A DNA stretch of 63,916 nucleotides, filler included, from Octopus bimaculoides (GCF_001194135.2; 8 parts of 8 records of this genome joined end to end with filler, not necessarily neighbours in it), one strand, 5' to 3'; counted from the whole stretch's first letter, positions 24,213 through 36,500 are shown. Numbers and translations are program-made. The notes: generated from the sequence alone by a model not told the origin.

Positions 24213-24969
24213 CTATAAGAGACAGAGAGACAAAAAAAATTCTTCACTTCTTGTTATCTTAAAACACATTAAATACAACTAATGGATTCAGGAAGACATG
24301 GGATGGTGGTGGATCCTGATCTTCAAACGTTGGAGTCTGGTTCAGCCCCTCATTTACAAACCCTGGTCAAACCGTCCAACCCATGCCAGCATGGACAACA
24401 GACACATGATGATGATGATGGATTCGAAAGACAAAGAACAGCAATTTACTTCAGAAGCTGTTACTCTATGAATAGTTTATTTGGCAGCCCATTATTTAAC
24501 CCCTTTTCCATACTTGCATGGGTTGGATGCAATTTATTGATGCGAGTCTTTTCCTCTGGCTCGATGCTCTTCCTGTTGCCAAGCCTCATTTCCAAGCAAG
24601 CTAATATTTTCCCCATGGACAGACATGTCTTTCACAGATTTTACCAGCAGGAGTTCCGTATACTTAGTACCATACATCAGTGAAAAACACTTCAGTACAG
24701 TATTTCAATATGACAGACAAGTGTAGCCTTTTCACTACCATAGAAAACAGTGTACACCATATTAACAACAGGTAACAGGGAAAATGTTGTACAACTGTTT
24801 ACTTTGATAGTAAATATTCCCATAGGTTATTTAAACATCTCACACCTTAGTCCTACATTTTGAATGCATCTTAATTACTCTGTATAGGATACCAATGTTT
24901 TGGTATAATTGACAAAGGTTTTCTTCATAATAGTTCTAGCAGTCATCAGTAAAGAAGAAAATGACCCAC

Positions 24970-25103
24970 CTCATCACCAAGAAGTGCAGACACACACTTC
25001 TCTGAAGCATCACAGATACAAGGGAGGTCATAGCCACCTTCCAAAACTAGCACCACCTTTCCTCCAGCTAGAGACATCAGTTCACGTGTAAGATGACCAA
25101 AAC
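24970..25103 (-). CDS. HDAC4: Class IIa HDAC coding exon: (C)[44 protein letters not shown]
   Basis: Acceptor ttttgtag|G and donor GAG|gtgggt; 134 nt, phase-compatible with both neighbours. Contains the LEGGY/H motif and the CDASE..V.ALLG block of HDAC4. Confidence 0.96.
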
Positions 25104-25639
25104 CTACAAAACGAATCGGAGAAAAAGGAAAGTAATTTATGAATATTTCAAAATGAAAAAGAACAGTACATGTATACAGGCAATTATACATACACACATG
25201 TGAGAAATTCTGTGTGCATCACCAAAGCTTTATTATTTGTTCTTATTAACAACAAACCAAAGAAAAAATAATTTCATTTACTGTTGCAACAACTAAAGTT
25301 TTCCAGAAATAATTTTAAGTTCTAACCACAAAGTCAAAAAATATATTGCAAGACTTTAGGATAGAATTCCAATTGAGATGGGTTGGTCGCAGCCTCATAT
25401 TTAAATGAATGCTAAAATGTTGGTAGTGATGGAGGCTGGGAGGTATGTTTGGGTCTCTCACCTATGAACCCTGTTACGCCTGCTCCTTACCATTTTGATA
25501 TTACTCAAGCACTTCAAGGGATCAAATTTCTAGCCCCATAACATTCTAAATTATAGCAGCTACAAGAAGTCAGTCACTACACTAAAACCCTGTATTGTAT
25601 GCAAGAGAATGAGAGGAAAGCCAGGTTGGCTACACTTAC

Positions 25640-25758
25640 AGTCGGCACTGACGTCATAACCGCCGAGTGGGGCACTGTGTCCAGCAGCAGCATCAAAGCC
25701 AGCCGAGACCAACACAACTTCAGGATTGAATTCTCTTGCTATTGGCATGATGATTGTT
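25640..25758 (-). CDS. HDAC4: Class IIa HDAC coding exon (deacetylase domain): (R)[39 protein letters not shown](C)
   Basis: Acceptor ccaccag|A at 25758 and donor T|gtaagt at 25640; 119 nt. The translation matches the HDAC4 motif VMPIAxEFxPDVVLVSxGFDAxxGHxxPLGGY, including the Zn-ligand Asp (GFD) and the class IIa His. Confidence 0.96.
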
Positions 25759-26038
25759 CTGGTGGCGGAAGAAAGACAGAATTTTCCATGTTATTACGGC
25801 AGACAGAAGGACAGTTTGAGCTCAGTTGAAAAACAGATGAAGTAAGAAGAGGACAGGTGTAGATGAAGAGGACAGAAAGAGGGGAAGACGGGGAAAATAG
25901 GTGAGGGAGATAGAGTGTGAGGTTTATACAGTTTATAAATCCAACAAATTAATCCATTAATACACATACATTTAGGAAAACATGTATGTATATATGTGCA
26001 TATATATATGTATATATATATATACATACGTACATATA

Positions 26039-26079
<41 letters not shown>

Positions 26080-26123
26080 NNNNNNNNNNNNNNNNNNNNN
26101 NNNNNNNNNNNNNNNNNNNNNNN

Positions 26124-26135
26124 TTAATTAATTAA
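26124..26135. other. Artificial contig-join linker TTAATTAATTAA
   Basis: 44 N + 12 nt + 44 N. Confidence 0.95.
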
Positions 26136-26179
26136 NNNNNNNNNNNNNNNNNNNNNNNNNNNNNNNNNNNNNNNNNNNN

Positions 26180-26430
26180 GTGGCGAACCCTGCTGTACTC
26201 TTTCACCACAACTTTCCCTCACTCTTACCTCCTGTTTCTGTTGTGCCTGTAATTCAAAGGGTCAGCCTTGTCACATTGTGTGTCACGCTGAATATCCCCG
26301 AGAACTACATTAAGGGTACAGGTGTCTGTGGAGTGCTCAGCCACTTGCACGTTAATTTCACGAGCAGGCTGTTCCGTTGATCGGATCAACTGGAACCCTC
26401 GACGTCGTAAGCGACGGAATGTCAACAACA
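26180..26430 (+). mobile_element. SINE family C, 3' part (5' part lost in the spacer)
   Basis: Highly similar inverted match to about 27105-27345. Confidence 0.85.
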
Positions 26431-27099
26431 TTGTACAAATATCCTTTCTACTATATGTACACAGCCTGGAATTTCGAAAGGCGGGGTCGGTGTAATCAGT
26501 CCCAGTGCTTGACAAAGTCGATCTGGGTGACATTTGAACTCAGAAAGTAAAGATAGACAAATAAATAAATAAATAAATGGAAAATGCTGCAGAACATTTT
26601 GTTTGCTGTACTAAGGATTCTGTCAACGTGCAGCCTCTGCAAGATACAAATGTAGCTATAGAAATATATATAACTCAGAGCTGACATTAGGAGCATGAAG
26701 TATATAAATCTAATTAATATATTAAATGACAAATGAAAGAAATTAGCTGCTAACATTAAAGGATATAAAAAGTAGAATGTCAGGAACAAAACTATTTGTT
26801 ATCAAAGACTACAATCAGGGGAAAAGAGTACACGCGAAATTAGAAGCAATCAAATACTTAATTCAAGTAGAACAACATGAAATAACTAATTTCACTGGGA
26901 ACAAAAACAATATCAATGACACCAGAGCGAGGCTACACATTTTTTTTCTACTTTCAGTGGGGAAGGAGACAGCTTCAGTCGATTACATCAACTTCGCAGA
27001 GTATTATTACCGGAAAGATTCATGCAAACAATATACCAATGTTTCAGTGCATTAAAGTAATTTACTGTTAACATTTATAGTATGAACGATTGGTGTAGT

Positions 27100-27480
27100 T
27101 TTGTTGTTGGCACTCCGTCGCTTACGACGTCGAGGGTTCCAGTTGATCCGATCAACGGAACAGCCTGCTCGTGAAATTAATGTGCAAGTGGCTGAGCACT
27201 CCACAGACACGTGTACCCTTAATGTAGTTCTCGGGGATATTCAGCGTGACACAGTGTGACAAGGCTGACCCTTTGAATTACAGGCACAACAGGAACAGGA
27301 AGTAAGAGAAAGTTGTAGTGAAAGAGTACAGCAGGGTTCGCCACCATCCCCTGCCGGAGCCTCGTTGAGCTTTTAGGTGTTTTCGCTCAATAAACACTCA
27401 CAACGCCCGGTCTGGGAATTGAAACCGCGATCCTATGACCGCGAGTCTGCTGCCCTAACCACTGGGCCATTGCGCCTCCA
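27100..27480 (-). mobile_element. SINE family C, full copy with tRNA-Arg-like head
   Basis: Minus-strand head ggaggcgcaatggcccagtggttagggcagcagacTCGcggtc...ggtttcaattccc has A and B boxes and a TCG anticodon-like loop. The body continues past the tRNA portion and ends in an (aac) tail. Confidence 0.85.
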
Positions 27481-28639
27481 CGGTTGGTGTAGTAGATAAA
27501 TAGAAATCTGCAAAACGAGACGACTACAAGGTTGTAAGGAATACCTTCCAAGATTCGAAGCCAGGATTCGAAACTGAATCTACTTTTTTTTTTTTTTTTT
27601 TACAAAAATGTTCTATTTTCTATTGTTCTCGGATTTTGCGCAGAGAAATTTATGAAAGTCAAGTACCACACTTGGTTCAGTTCTATTGTTTAAATTTACA
27701 ATTGCAGTTTAAATATGGTTCAGGCAGATATGAGACGGGAAGTTCTTTGTCTAGCTTGACTTAATTTAGTCAGGAAAAAAGTATAACTAAAGAACCTAGA
27801 ATCGGTTCTATCTGTTCACTTGGCGCCTAACCAAAGAGCAGCTGTTTCTCTCTCTTCACTTATGGAGTGTCATCGCACGATAATACCACTTTCTCCCAGT
27901 CAGCTTGTCAGCCTAGAGAGATAGACTCTCTCTTTCCCTCTCTATCTCTCTCTCTTTCTCTTTCATTCATCCGTCCTTCTAACAGTCATCCACAATTAAC
28001 TACCTAAAGAATGGACAACAGAAAGGCAAATAATATAACAATAGCTCGAAGAAGTTGTATCTTACAGTGTAACGATGAAAATGAAGGGCCATTTCAACCA
28101 ATTAATAATTATTTTTCTTCCTGTCATTTATTCGGTGCATACAATCGTTAAAGGGTCTATTTTCACAATCCGTATGGAAACTATTTCATTATATAGGTGC
28201 AGGCGTGACTCTATGGTTAAGAAGCTTGTTTCCCGACCATGTGGTCTTTGGTACAGGCCCGCTGCACGGTACCTTTGAGCAAGTTTCTTCTACTATAGCA
28301 CCGGCAGATAAATAGTTTGTTAATGAACATAGGAGGCGGAAATTCCGAAATTTATATACTATTATTTATAGCTTTAAGTATGCTTCGAGATCCACTGCTC
28401 CAAAAACGAATTATTTCACGTTCTCTCAAAAGTTTATAAAATCTTAGTTACTGACGAGGCGCAAAACGCCAAAATTGCGTAATACAGTTGTTCTGTTATT
28501 GGTGCTCGATATTTCACGTCTGCTATGCTGTACTTTTATGCACTAGACGAGAGATTTATACGAGAGATTTTCTCAGGGTAAATACTGCAGTATTACGGCA
28601 CTCCTATAATGTATCCACGTAAAGTAGGGTATAAAGACT

Positions 28640-28940
28640 GCCGGGTGTGTGGTAAAATGTTTGCTTCCCTATACATGGTTCTGGGTTCAGTCCTACTGTG
28701 TGGCACCTTGGGCAAGTGTCTTCTACTGCAGCCTCGGGCCGACCAAAGCCTTGTAAGTGGATTTAGGATTTGAGAGACGAAAACTGAATAAGCCCGTCAT
28801 GTGTGTGTGTGTCTGTGCGTGTGTTTGTACCCCCACTACCACTTGACAACTGGTGTTGGTGTGTTTACGTCCCTGTAACTAAGCGGTTCGACAAAAAGTT
28901 CCGAAAGTATAAGCTGCAGGCTTTGAAAAAACTATAAGTA
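28640..28940 (+). mobile_element. SINE family A, diverged copy
   Basis: Shares ggcaccttgggcaagtgtcttctact...gggccgaccaaagccttg and the post-microsatellite block with the other copies. Confidence 0.8.
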
Positions 28941-28966
28941 CTCAAACAAATAAAATGCAAGAGATA

Positions 28967-29017
<51 letters not shown>

Positions 29018-30216
29018 NNNNNNNNNNNNNNNNNNNNNNNNNNNNNNNNNNNNNNNNNNNNNNNNNNNNNNNNNNNNNNNNNNNNNNNNNNNNNNNNNNN
29101 NNNNNNNNNNNNNNNNNNNNNNNNNNNNNNNNNNNNNNNNNNNNNNNNNNNNNNNNNNNNNNNNNNNNNNNNNNNNNNNNNNNNNNNNNNNNNNNNNNNN
29201 NNNNNNNNNNNNNNNNNNNNNNNNNNNNNNNNNNNNNNNNNNNNNNNNNNNNNNNNNNNNNNNNNNNNNNNNNNNNNNNNNNNNNNNNNNNNNNNNNNNN
29301 NNNNNNNNNNNNNNNNNNNNNNNNNNNNNNNNNNNNNNNNNNNNNNNNNNNNNNNNNNNNNNNNNNNNNNNNNNNNNNNNNNNNNNNNNNNNNNNNNNNN
29401 NNNNNNNNNNNNNNNNNNNNNNNNNNNNNNNNNNNNNNNNNNNNNNNNNNNNNNNNNNNNNNNNNTATATATATATATATATATTTATACACACACACAC
29501 ACATATATATCTAAGAGAAAAATATATATAAATACATATGATATAAAAGATACACACACACACTCACAATTATTAATAAGGACTGTCGCGTGAGCAAATT
29601 AATTTTATTACATTGATTTACTATTGTTTCACCAACATTCGAACTCATGAGTATTGTTATATTATTATATAATATAAACAACTATCATTACATCGATACT
29701 ATTAAATGTCAGCTCATCAAAATCCTACATATAATACATGTGTATTATCACGAATTTATACATATAGCCAGCAGGTGTGTTCATATGAATATATTTGCAT
29801 ATCACAAGTGAAACCAAGATAGAAAAAAAAAATTTAATTATAAACCCATAATAAAGCACAATTTAAATCTACCGATCAATACATATGATGAGGAATAGAG
29901 GAAATGATAATCATAAAACAAAGGAATAAATCAGCAGATAATATTGTTTTCTGTCTCCGGAAAATGTACAAATCATATTGCTAGGTAACAGTGTTATTTT
30001 AATTATTCTTTTATACGACAGACATTTGCAGACATAGATTTTGTAGGTCTGTAAGATGTAAAGGCAGCCCATGAATATGTTAACTCATAGGTTGTAAGTC
30101 AGCAACTACTAAATCCATTGGCCACATTCGAACAAGCACATAAATACATAGGTATATACAGATAGGAGAGACAGACAAAGGTAAAGTAATTAACGTGTTA
30201 AATAGCATTTAGATGA

Positions 30217-30593
30217 TGTGGGTCGTCGTTAAGCCATCTAACATGTCTCTCAGAAGGCTGTAATCTCGCTGGTAGTAAACCTGGATGAAAACAGATACAA
30301 GCAAGGTTGTAATTTTAAACACGTTTATTGTGGCCACACGTATATACACAATGGAATGATAAATAAAATGGTTGGTATGTAAGGGCCATGATCTTCTGTG
30401 GTATGCTCCTATCAGCAAGCTGGCCTGTGGCATAAGATAGAGCCAGTCAAGTTGCGTCCTCATAGCTTGCGTGTCAGTGCAGAAAAGAGGAAGAGATGAG
30501 GTCACGTGTCTGAACCTTAATGTTGTGTAAAGCCCTCTATATCTGTATAGCCCAGCTTATTTACCCACTAGCAAGGGGGGTAATGCGCCTATA
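30217..30593 (-). mobile_element. Possible 3' LTR of the Gypsy remnant
   Basis: A purine tract aagaagggag precedes TATAGG (a possibly mutated TGTAGG). Contains AATAAA and ends ...CCACA. There is no second LTR to confirm it. Confidence 0.35.
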
Positions 30594-30838
30594 GAGGCTC
30601 CCTTCTTAGACCGGAAGCGGTCGATTAATAGTAGTGTAGGCGGAGTATACTAGGAGGGCACAGAAGAATGAACCATGGCGAAAAATATAATACAAGGAAA
30701 AACGTTCAGCAAAAGAAAGGTGTCCAATCAAGTAGAACAAAGCATATATGTACAATGATACAGAAAGAGAGAAAATGTGAATGCAGTGTCTCTAGTACCA
30801 TGAGTCTATTCTCCGGAACAGTCACTGGTGAGGCAAAG

Positions 30839-32008
30839 TTAAGAAATGCAAATAGTCCAAGACAATTTCTTCGGCCAATGAACCGATCTGCCAGAACGTG
30901 TCCTGTAAGGTGAAAAATGTGTTTGTGTAGTTGGTGTTTTGTTGGGTGGAGGTGGGGCTTGTGGGGGTGGGAGTAGAAGTGTTTGTGGAATGATGGGTGT
31001 GTCAGCAAGTGGCATAAATGTTTCTGAAAGGGCTTTTCTTTTTTTTTTGCTCTGTCGATAGAGACAGTCTCTTTCTTTCCGTAAATGTCNNNNNNNNNNN
31101 NNNNNNNNNNNNNNNNNNNNNNNNNNNNNNNNNNNNNNNNNNNNNNNNNNNNNNNNNNNNNNNNNNNNNNNNNNNNNNNNNNNNNNNNNNNNNNNNNNNN
31201 NNNNNNNNNNNNNNNNNNNNNNNNNNNNNNNNNNNNNNNNNNNNNNNNNNNNNNNNNNNNNNNNNNNNNNNNNNNNNNNNNNNNNNNNNNNNNNNNNNNN
31301 NNNNNNNNNNNNNNNNNNNNNNNNNNNNNNNNNNNNNNNNNNNNNNNNNNNNNNNNNNNNNNNNNNNNNNNNNNNNNNNNNNNNNNNNNNNNNNNNNNNN
31401 NNNNNNNNNNNNNNNNNAAGATGTAAGTTCTGCATTCGGTAAGTCGACGGGCGCCAACATTTGTCCAGGAAGGGCTAAGGTGGTGCCATACAGGAGCTCA
31501 GCGGAGGAGTAGCCTAAATCCTCCTTGACGGCTGAGCGGCAACCTAGCAGAATAATGGGGAGAAACTCGGACCAACGATGAGGGTCGGAAGCCGTGCAAA
31601 TAGCGGCTTTGAGTTGTCGGTGGAATCTTTCCACCATTCCATTCGCGGCGGGATGGTAACCCGTGGTGTGGATTTGCTGAACTCCGAGCAATCTCGAAAG
31701 CTCACGGAACAGACAAGCTTCAAATTAGTGTCCACAATCAGTAGTAATTCTAGAGGGTACTCCGAAGCGAGATATCCACCCAGAGATGAGTGCTCTGGCG
31801 ACTGTTTCCACTGAAATGTCCACGAGACGGATAGCTTCAGGCCATCTGGAGAAACAGGTGATGCAGGTCAATATATAAGTAAATTCGCAACTGACTGGCT
31901 AAGGACCAACCAAGTCGATGTGTATGTGACGGAACCTGGTGTCCGGTGGTTGGAAGTGTCCAAGAGGTGCTCTCATGTGACGATGCACCTTGGAACGCTC
32001 ATCTGCAA
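30839..32008 (-). mobile_element. Ty3/Gypsy LTR retrotransposon integrase remnant (gap inside)
   Basis: RSKVHRH..PLGHF.PPDTRFRHIHIDLVGP / RFGVPSRITTD / TTGYHPAANGMVERFHRQLKAA contains the D,D,E triad. Premature stops are present. Confidence 0.9.
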
Positions 32009-33518
32009 TTTTGATGCAATTCGAATCATAGGTATTCCAGTTCATTACAGAAAATATAACAGAAAAGNNNNNNNNNNGTTTCAGTATTAAAGTGAAACTA
32101 TTAAAGTGAAAATATCTGACATTACAAGAGAGAGATGTTATTGTTTCACTTTTGACACGTAATATTGAAATAGTGGAGGAGATATGATATTGCTCTGGGC
32201 TCGCACTAGGCAAGAAGTTAAAAATTGTTTGGCCTATGATACTACATGGACCCTAAGTAAGGCATGTGTAAAATTTGAATGAAATTGGTTGTGTAGTTCT
32301 CAAGTTTTAGGGATTCACACAGACACACTCTCATCTTTATATATATAGATAATCCATGAAAATAACAAGTTTAAAATTTTGAAATGTAAAAATACTAAAT
32401 GGAAAAGAAGAAAATTATAATTCTCCATTCCTGCAGTCAAGATAATTGATACAGTCAAGTTAGCAATATAATATTCCATTGTAGGCAACTCGTCAGACTC
32501 GAATGGTCGGAGGCACATAAACTCTCTACGAGTCTAATGCGTTGCCTATACAGCTAAGCGTTTTATAGGTGCAAAACCAAAGGTTACTCCCTGACAGGCT
32601 ATAGCAAAAAAACTTACTGAATATTTTAATGTTTCAGAATGTGTTTCCTTTTGAAAATATGAACTGTTGACTGATATCTATTTATATATACACATAGATA
32701 GAGATATAAAAATATATGCTGACTGCAGCAAAAGAGCGCTGTCTCTTCATTGATCATTACAGACAGGTGGCTTTTCAGGTCAGTTTTCATTCTGCAGGAA
32801 CGTTCACAGATGTGACGCTTATTTCTCTTTACAGTACAAATATACTGCAGTGCGCATGGGTGTACAACAACCTCGCAAACAGTTCGATTTCTCCCTGGCT
32901 TACATAACTTTGGATGAGTTTGTATATAAAGTTGCACACAAATATGTGTGTGTGTGTGTGTGTGTGTNNNNNNNNNNNNNNNNNNNNNNNNNNNNNNNNN
33001 NNNNNNNNNNNNNNNNNNNNNNNNNNNNNNNNNNNNNNNNNNNNNNNNNNNNNNNNNNNNNNNNNNNNNNNNNNNNNNNNNNNNNNNNNNNNNNNNNNNN
33101 NNNNNNNNNNNNNNNNNNNNNNNNNNNNNNNNNNNNNNNNNNNNNNNNNNNNNNNNNNNNNNNNNNNNNNNNNNNNNNNNNNNNNNNNNNNNNNNNNNNN
33201 NNNNNNNNNNNNNNNNNNNNNNNNNNNNNNNNNNNNNNNNNNNNNNNNNNNNNNNNNNNNNNNNNNNNNNNNNNNNNNNNNNNNNNNNNNNNNNNNNNNN
33301 NNNNNNNNNNNNNNNNNNNNNNNNNNNNNNNNNNNNNNNNNNNNNNNNNNNNNNNNNNNNNNNNNNNNNNNNNNNNNNNNNNNNNNNNNNNNNNNNNTGT
33401 GTGTGTGTGTGTGTGTGTGTGTACACGGGTGTGTATGACTGTGTATAGAAGAATATATTACTCAAAGAAATTCCAACTTTGATTTTCACGTTTTATTTAC
33501 AATCTTATCTATATAGAT

Positions 33519-33880
33519 AACTAGCAGTATAGCCCGGCGTTGCCCGGGATTAAGTTAGGATTATTAAGTTAATCAAGAGCTTTGTTTCAAACCAAACTAA
33601 GTAACACCAATGTGAAATTTGAGCGAAATCCGTTGAAATTGATAAACGTCTGGCTGAAAATGGGGACGCAGACAATTTGATTGGGAAATCACATAAGGAA
33701 TCGGTTTATTGATTTTTCCACTCATCTATTTCTTTTATTCAAATATCCCATGAGTCCTAAGTAATGCCGGCATCAAATTTGAACAAAATACGTCAAAATT
33801 GGTAAAAGTTATAGTTGAGAATGGGGTGTATCCAATTTTAGTGGGAAAACCTCTAAGGAATCGGTTTATCGCTTTTTCAT
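33519..33880 (+). mobile_element. Possible Helitron-like non-autonomous element 5' end with two diverged ~160-bp internal units
   Basis: Starts ctagcag..cccggcgttgcccggg (small hairpin). Repeated aaatttga..aaat..gt..aaattg...aaggaatcggtttat blocks at about 33612-33720 and 33775-33878. Confidence 0.35.
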
Positions 33881-33884
33881 CCTG

Positions 33885-35523
33885 ATTGAATGGAGGGCAG
33901 GTTGGTCGTCTTAGATGTGACGCACAACAGTGGTAAGGCCTTCAGATTGGTAACTCTCTATGCTCCTTGTGGAGCTGGGCAATCTGACTATTTCCGAAGC
34001 CTAGAGAATTTTCTAGGAACGTCGCACACTTTAGTGTTGTTAGGTGACATTTTAATACAATCTGCGATGTACGCGTAGATTGTGTTGGCTCGAACCCGGA
34101 TAGGAGGGGAAACCCTTGCCTCAGCGGTCTGCTTAATCGTTTTCAGCTGGCAGACCGATTCAGACTGGATCACCCGGATGTTCCATAGTGGACATGGGCA
34201 AATAACGATGGGTAATCCAGATCTTATCTAGACAGGATTATTGTTAGAACTAAAGACAAGAATATAGTTAGTTGTCCACAACATCATATTGTTAACTACA
34301 GTGATCACAAATTTTTGACCTGTAGGCTTGATCTAGATAGTATGTGTAGACAGGGATCCAGCTACTGGAAGCTAAACAATTCACTATAGGATTGTGAAGC
34401 CTTCAGGGACCGGATTAGACAGTTAGTGATGAGGGCATTAACCGGTTTCATTATTAATAACAAATGGTGACATGCCCTCAAAAGAGCTATTTAATTTGAG
34501 TCAATCAGATTTAGTAAGGAATTTGCTAGTACTAGAAATAGAATGGAAAGGGAATTAGTTCATTCTCTAGAAGATGCAATGAGGTCTGGCTCTGCATCCA
34601 GAGTTTTAGCGGCGAGGTTGGAGCTCGACCAGCATCTCAAAGCTAAACACGAAGGATGCATAGTCAGGGCTAGGTTACGTGCAATGGGACAAGAAGAAAT
34701 CAACGTCACCGGATGAGCTCGCGTGGTAGAGAGCCAGCGTGACAATAATGCAACAATAAGTTCTTTGACGGACCAACACGATCGTTCAGTAAACGAGACC
34801 GAGGAAATGTGCAAGGTGTTTCACGGGCATTTCGTCCAGCTTTTCGGGAGGGGCGGCGGACCGGAGCGTAGGGAGACTTCACAGACTTCCTCGCCGGTTT
34901 TCCGCGTCACTTGGGGCGGGATGCGGAATGCTGTGAAAGGCCGATCACAGTTGCGGAGGTGAAGGTAGTATTGTCGGCCTGCGGCGGGGACAAATCACCG
35001 GGACTAGATGGCCTCCCCTACGAACTGTATTATAGCATGGCTGACTTGTTCGGGCACCTACTTGCGTGCGTCTATACCAACTGGTAGTAAAATGGGTGTA
35101 TTCCCAAGTCTGTGAGCCGAGGAGAGGTTGTGACACTGCTAAGAAAGGACCCAAACAAGGGGGACGTAATTGATCATTTTAGGCCCATTGATTCTCGACA
35201 ATCTCCACCGTTTACGCTATACCTTAGAGAGGGTTAAGAGAATTCCTGGCAAGGGTGGGGCTATGGTCCATTTAGACCAATGGAAAGCGTTCTATAGGGT
35301 TGACCGTCAGTATCTGGCAACGGTCCTTGCGGCGGGCCGGTTTGGCCGACCTTCTGTAGCTGGATCACCGCTTTGTATAGCAACACCGAATCGATAGTCA
35401 GGGTGAACGGTTTCTTTTAGGAACCGTTCTGCATTGAGCGATCGGTACGTCAAAGGTGTTCCCTCTCCCCACTTCTCTACGTTTTGGCTCTCGAGCCATT
35501 TGCTGCAGAAGTTGGAGGCTATG
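33885..35523 (+). mobile_element. Tx1/L1-clade LINE ORF2 remnant (APE endonuclease and partial RT)
   Basis: FRLVTLYAP / LLGD / SRSYLDRI / SDHK / YWKLNNS / KSPGLDGLPYE / LDQWKAFYRV / LSPLLYVLALEP motifs with many stops and frameshifts. Confidence 0.88.
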
Positions 35524-35568
35524 ANNNNNNNNNNNNNNNNNNNNNNNNNNNNNNNNNNNNNNNNNNNN

Positions 35569-35580
35569 TTAATTAATTAA
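35569..35580. other. Artificial contig-join linker TTAATTAATTAA
   Basis: 44 N + 12 nt + 44 N. Confidence 0.95.
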
Positions 35581-35627
35581 NNNNNNNNNNNNNNNNNNNN
35601 NNNNNNNNNNNNNNNNNNNNNNNNTTC

Positions 35628-35777
35628 ACTTCAACATTTAAATTTAATTTGCCAAAAATATTTTCGTCGCTTTGAGACCGCGACCTGTTCACTGACAAAA
35701 TTCAGATGCAGCACGGAACTGGTCGCGGTCTTAAAGCGACGAAAATATTTTGGCAAATTAAATTTAAATGTTGAAGT
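35628..35777. repeat. Near-perfect 150-nt palindrome (62/63-bp arms, 25-nt loop)
   Basis: acttcaacatttaaatttaatttgccaaaaatattttcgtcgctttgagaccgcgacctgttc vs its reverse complement at 35716-35777: two mismatches and one indel. Confidence 0.9.
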
Positions 35778-35779
35778 AA

Positions 35780-36500
35780 ATCTAATGGTTTTTGCGTGTT
35801 TCTTAAATGGCTTATAAACACCTTCCACGCTGCAATTGTTTGTATTCCTTTTTTTATTAAACTCCATCTCAATCTGGTCAGCACACAAATATGGTGTGGC
35901 GATATTGTTTTTTAAAATTTCTTTTCGGGATGTCTATACTCTCCTTCAAAGGATCGAGCGCGTGAGAAAGTCCTTTGTGTTGTCGGCGATTCCCATATCA
36001 ATGTCTGATGGTACTTTGGATATGTGTGTCTGTTGTTGTTACTGAATTTGCTTACTCTTGACACCTTCACTTCGATCTTTGCTGAAACTTTTCCAGCTCG
36101 TCAAAGCAGCAAGCCACACGTATAACATTTTAGAACGCAGGAAGATAGAAGTGGAAACAGCTGCGTGAAAGCAACTGCTTTCGCGATTTCCTTCATTTCG
36201 AAAATACCAATCACTTGACGCTTTAATGTTTGTTTATAAGAATGTTTTCACGTATTACAGGTTGGCTTTCGTCCGGCCCTATCAGTCTCATATCCGTTGT
36301 CTCCGCTCATCAAAATGGACACAGCTTAGAGATGACCTTGTAATTTTAGGACATCTTTGGCCATAACCACAACCGTTAAATGATTTTTCCCGACTGTTGT
36401 CCATTTTAAATGGTTCCATTCACACAAACCATTTTCGCCCACTCACTTTTTTCAAGCCTTCAGTCGTTTTAGAAGAAGAGAATATCCGAATATATTGACT
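35780..36500 (-). mobile_element. Possible Mutator-like (MULE) transposase remnant
   Basis: KEIAKAVAFTQLFP (about 36152-36193) and RNTNNCSVEG (about 35821-35850) resemble the MULE DxE.A...A...FP and RTNNxxE motifs. Very decayed. Confidence 0.3.

Noticed and set aside
24282-24683. 133-aa plus-strand ORF inside an HDAC intron
   Set aside because: No recognisable motifs. It overlaps a repeat-like tail (ccgtccaacccatgccagcatgg...(gat)n) and is not needed for the HDAC reading frame.
27400-27480. Bona fide tRNA genes (here and at 5811, 21651, 38620, 54300)
   Set aside because: A and B boxes are present but acceptor stems are incomplete and each continues into a repeated SINE body.
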